IMG/VR virus record: IMGVR_UViG_3300036783_000362
Location: 1-27,095 of that record
Length of the DNA stretch: 27,095 nt
Direction: 5' to 3' (one strand)
Source of the DNA: a virus
Taxonomy: Duplodnaviria > Caudoviricetes
Part shown: piece by piece, positions 26,258 through 27,095 of the stretch
Numbering within the stretch: the stretch's first letter is position 1
How the letters are laid out: every line of letters starts with the position of its first letter
Made by a program: the position numbers and the translations under genes
Notes under the pieces: model-generated
The model's input: only the letters and a program-made list of their open reading frames with translations
Databases searched by the model: none
What the model was told of the DNA's origin: nothing

Positions 26258-26327
26258 GAAAATAGAAAAGCCGGCAGTTCGAGCTACCGGCTTCCAATGA
26301 ACGTGTCATAAGGACCAACAAATGACC
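26258..26327 (-). ncRNA. Putative sar-like antisense RNA 2
   Basis: Minus-strand TCGACA-N17-TAAATT with TGn (26334-26362). AAGCCGG/CCGGCTT hairpin (26268-26293) followed by TTCTATTTT. Confidence 0.6.
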
Positions 26328-27095
26328 TCTTTAAATTTAGCAGTTCATGAACAGAATGTCGATCCCCAGTCTTTCCCTGTAATTGAGTGGGCAGGGAATC
26401 GCGTTGTTACCACTGAAACACTGGCGGAGGGTTATGGGTGTGATGAGAAGAGTATCCGTATGAATCTGTCACGAAACCTTGATCGGTTCGAAGAGGGAAA
26501 GCATTACTTTTTGGTAACTGGTTCTGAGCTTAAAAGTTTGCGGGCCACTGACAGTGGCTCACAAATTTCTAGCAAAGCACGCTCTCTCACTCTCTGGACT
26601 GAAAAGGGCGCTGCGCGTATGTCGAAGATTGTCGACACTGACGAAGCATGGTCTTTCTTCGAGCGCCTGGAGGATTCGTACTTCCGCCCAGCTAAGGCCA
26701 TCGGTATTCCGCTTAGCTATGAAGCTGCGCTTGAAGATCTGCTCGTGAAGGTGAAAGAGAATCGAATTATTGCTGAACAGCGCGATCGTGCTGTCAAAGA
26801 GAAGCGCTGGATCTCCGAAAAGCGCGAAATCACGGCAATGGCTACTGCATCGGTTGCAGTTCGCGAGAAGAATAAGCTCGCGGAGCGCATCGGCGAGGGT
26901 AAAAAATATGCCGCCATTATTCCTGTCGAGAAGAAACTCGACCAGAAATTCAAATGGCAACCGCTGCGGAAATGGTGTCGTGAAAATAATGTTACCCCAC
27001 ACGACGTGGTTGACCCGCGCTTTGGCTCTGTTAAATCATGGCCGCACGCAGCTTGGCTGGCTGTGTATGGGGTAGACCTCAAGAAACTATTCTAA
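26322..27095 (+). CDS. ORF6N-domain antirepressor-like protein
   Basis: RVVTTETLAEGYG...RFEEGKHYF...LWTEKGAARMSK..DTDEAW..FE.LEDSYF (ORF6N), then a coiled coil and C-terminal domain. Confidence 0.85.
   Translation: MTSLNLAVHEQNVDPQSFPVIEWAGNRVVTTETLAEGYGCDEKSIRMNLSRNLDRFEEGKHYFLVTGSELKSLRATDSGSQISSKARSLTLWTEKGAARMSKIVDTDEAWSFFERLEDSYFRPAKAIGIPLSYEAALEDLLVKVKENRIIAEQRDRAVKEKRWISEKREITAMATASVAVREKNKLAERIGEGKKYAAIIPVEKKLDQKFKWQPLRKWCRENNVTPHDVVDPRFGSVKSWPHAAWLAVYGVDLKKLF

Noticed and set aside
1-27095. CRISPR array, tRNA, integrase/att site, reverse transcriptase (DGR or retron), invertase-controlled tail fibre switch
   Set aside because: No regularly spaced repeats, cloverleaf, recombinase or RT motifs, or duplicated tailspike segments were seen by eye. 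Short or degenerate elements could have been missed.

Overview
This window is the late (morphogenesis) region and right-hand accessory region of an enterobacterial temperate long-tailed phage or prophage with ES18-like gene order. From left to right it holds the 3' part of a KilA-N gene, two small ORFs, terS/terL, portal, a Mu-F-like head protein, an AT-rich moron, protease/scaffold, decoration protein, major capsid, head-tail joining genes interrupted by a free-standing HNH-AP2 endonuclease, tail tube, chaperone, tape measure, tail-tip genes and a tailspike. Beyond the tailspike are a convergent gtrABC O-antigen glucosylation cassette (GtrC resembles E. coli YfdI/GtrS), a LexA box driving a 10-codon stub of a umuD-like gene, a BamE/SmpA-like lipoprotein, and a P22 immI-like module (mnt-like, arc-like, then two tandem antirepressor-like genes). 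The most notable unexplained signals are: (i) each antirepressor-like gene has its own sar-like antisense promoter/terminator cassette; (ii) palindromes are embedded in the coding sequence of the BRO-N and ORF6N DNA-binding domains, with a similar palindrome right after the KilA-N gene; (iii) an orphaned SOS promoter points antisense into the immI module. No integrase, att site, lysis genes, tRNA or CRISPR array was seen. All family assignments come from motif recognition and synteny, not database searches.
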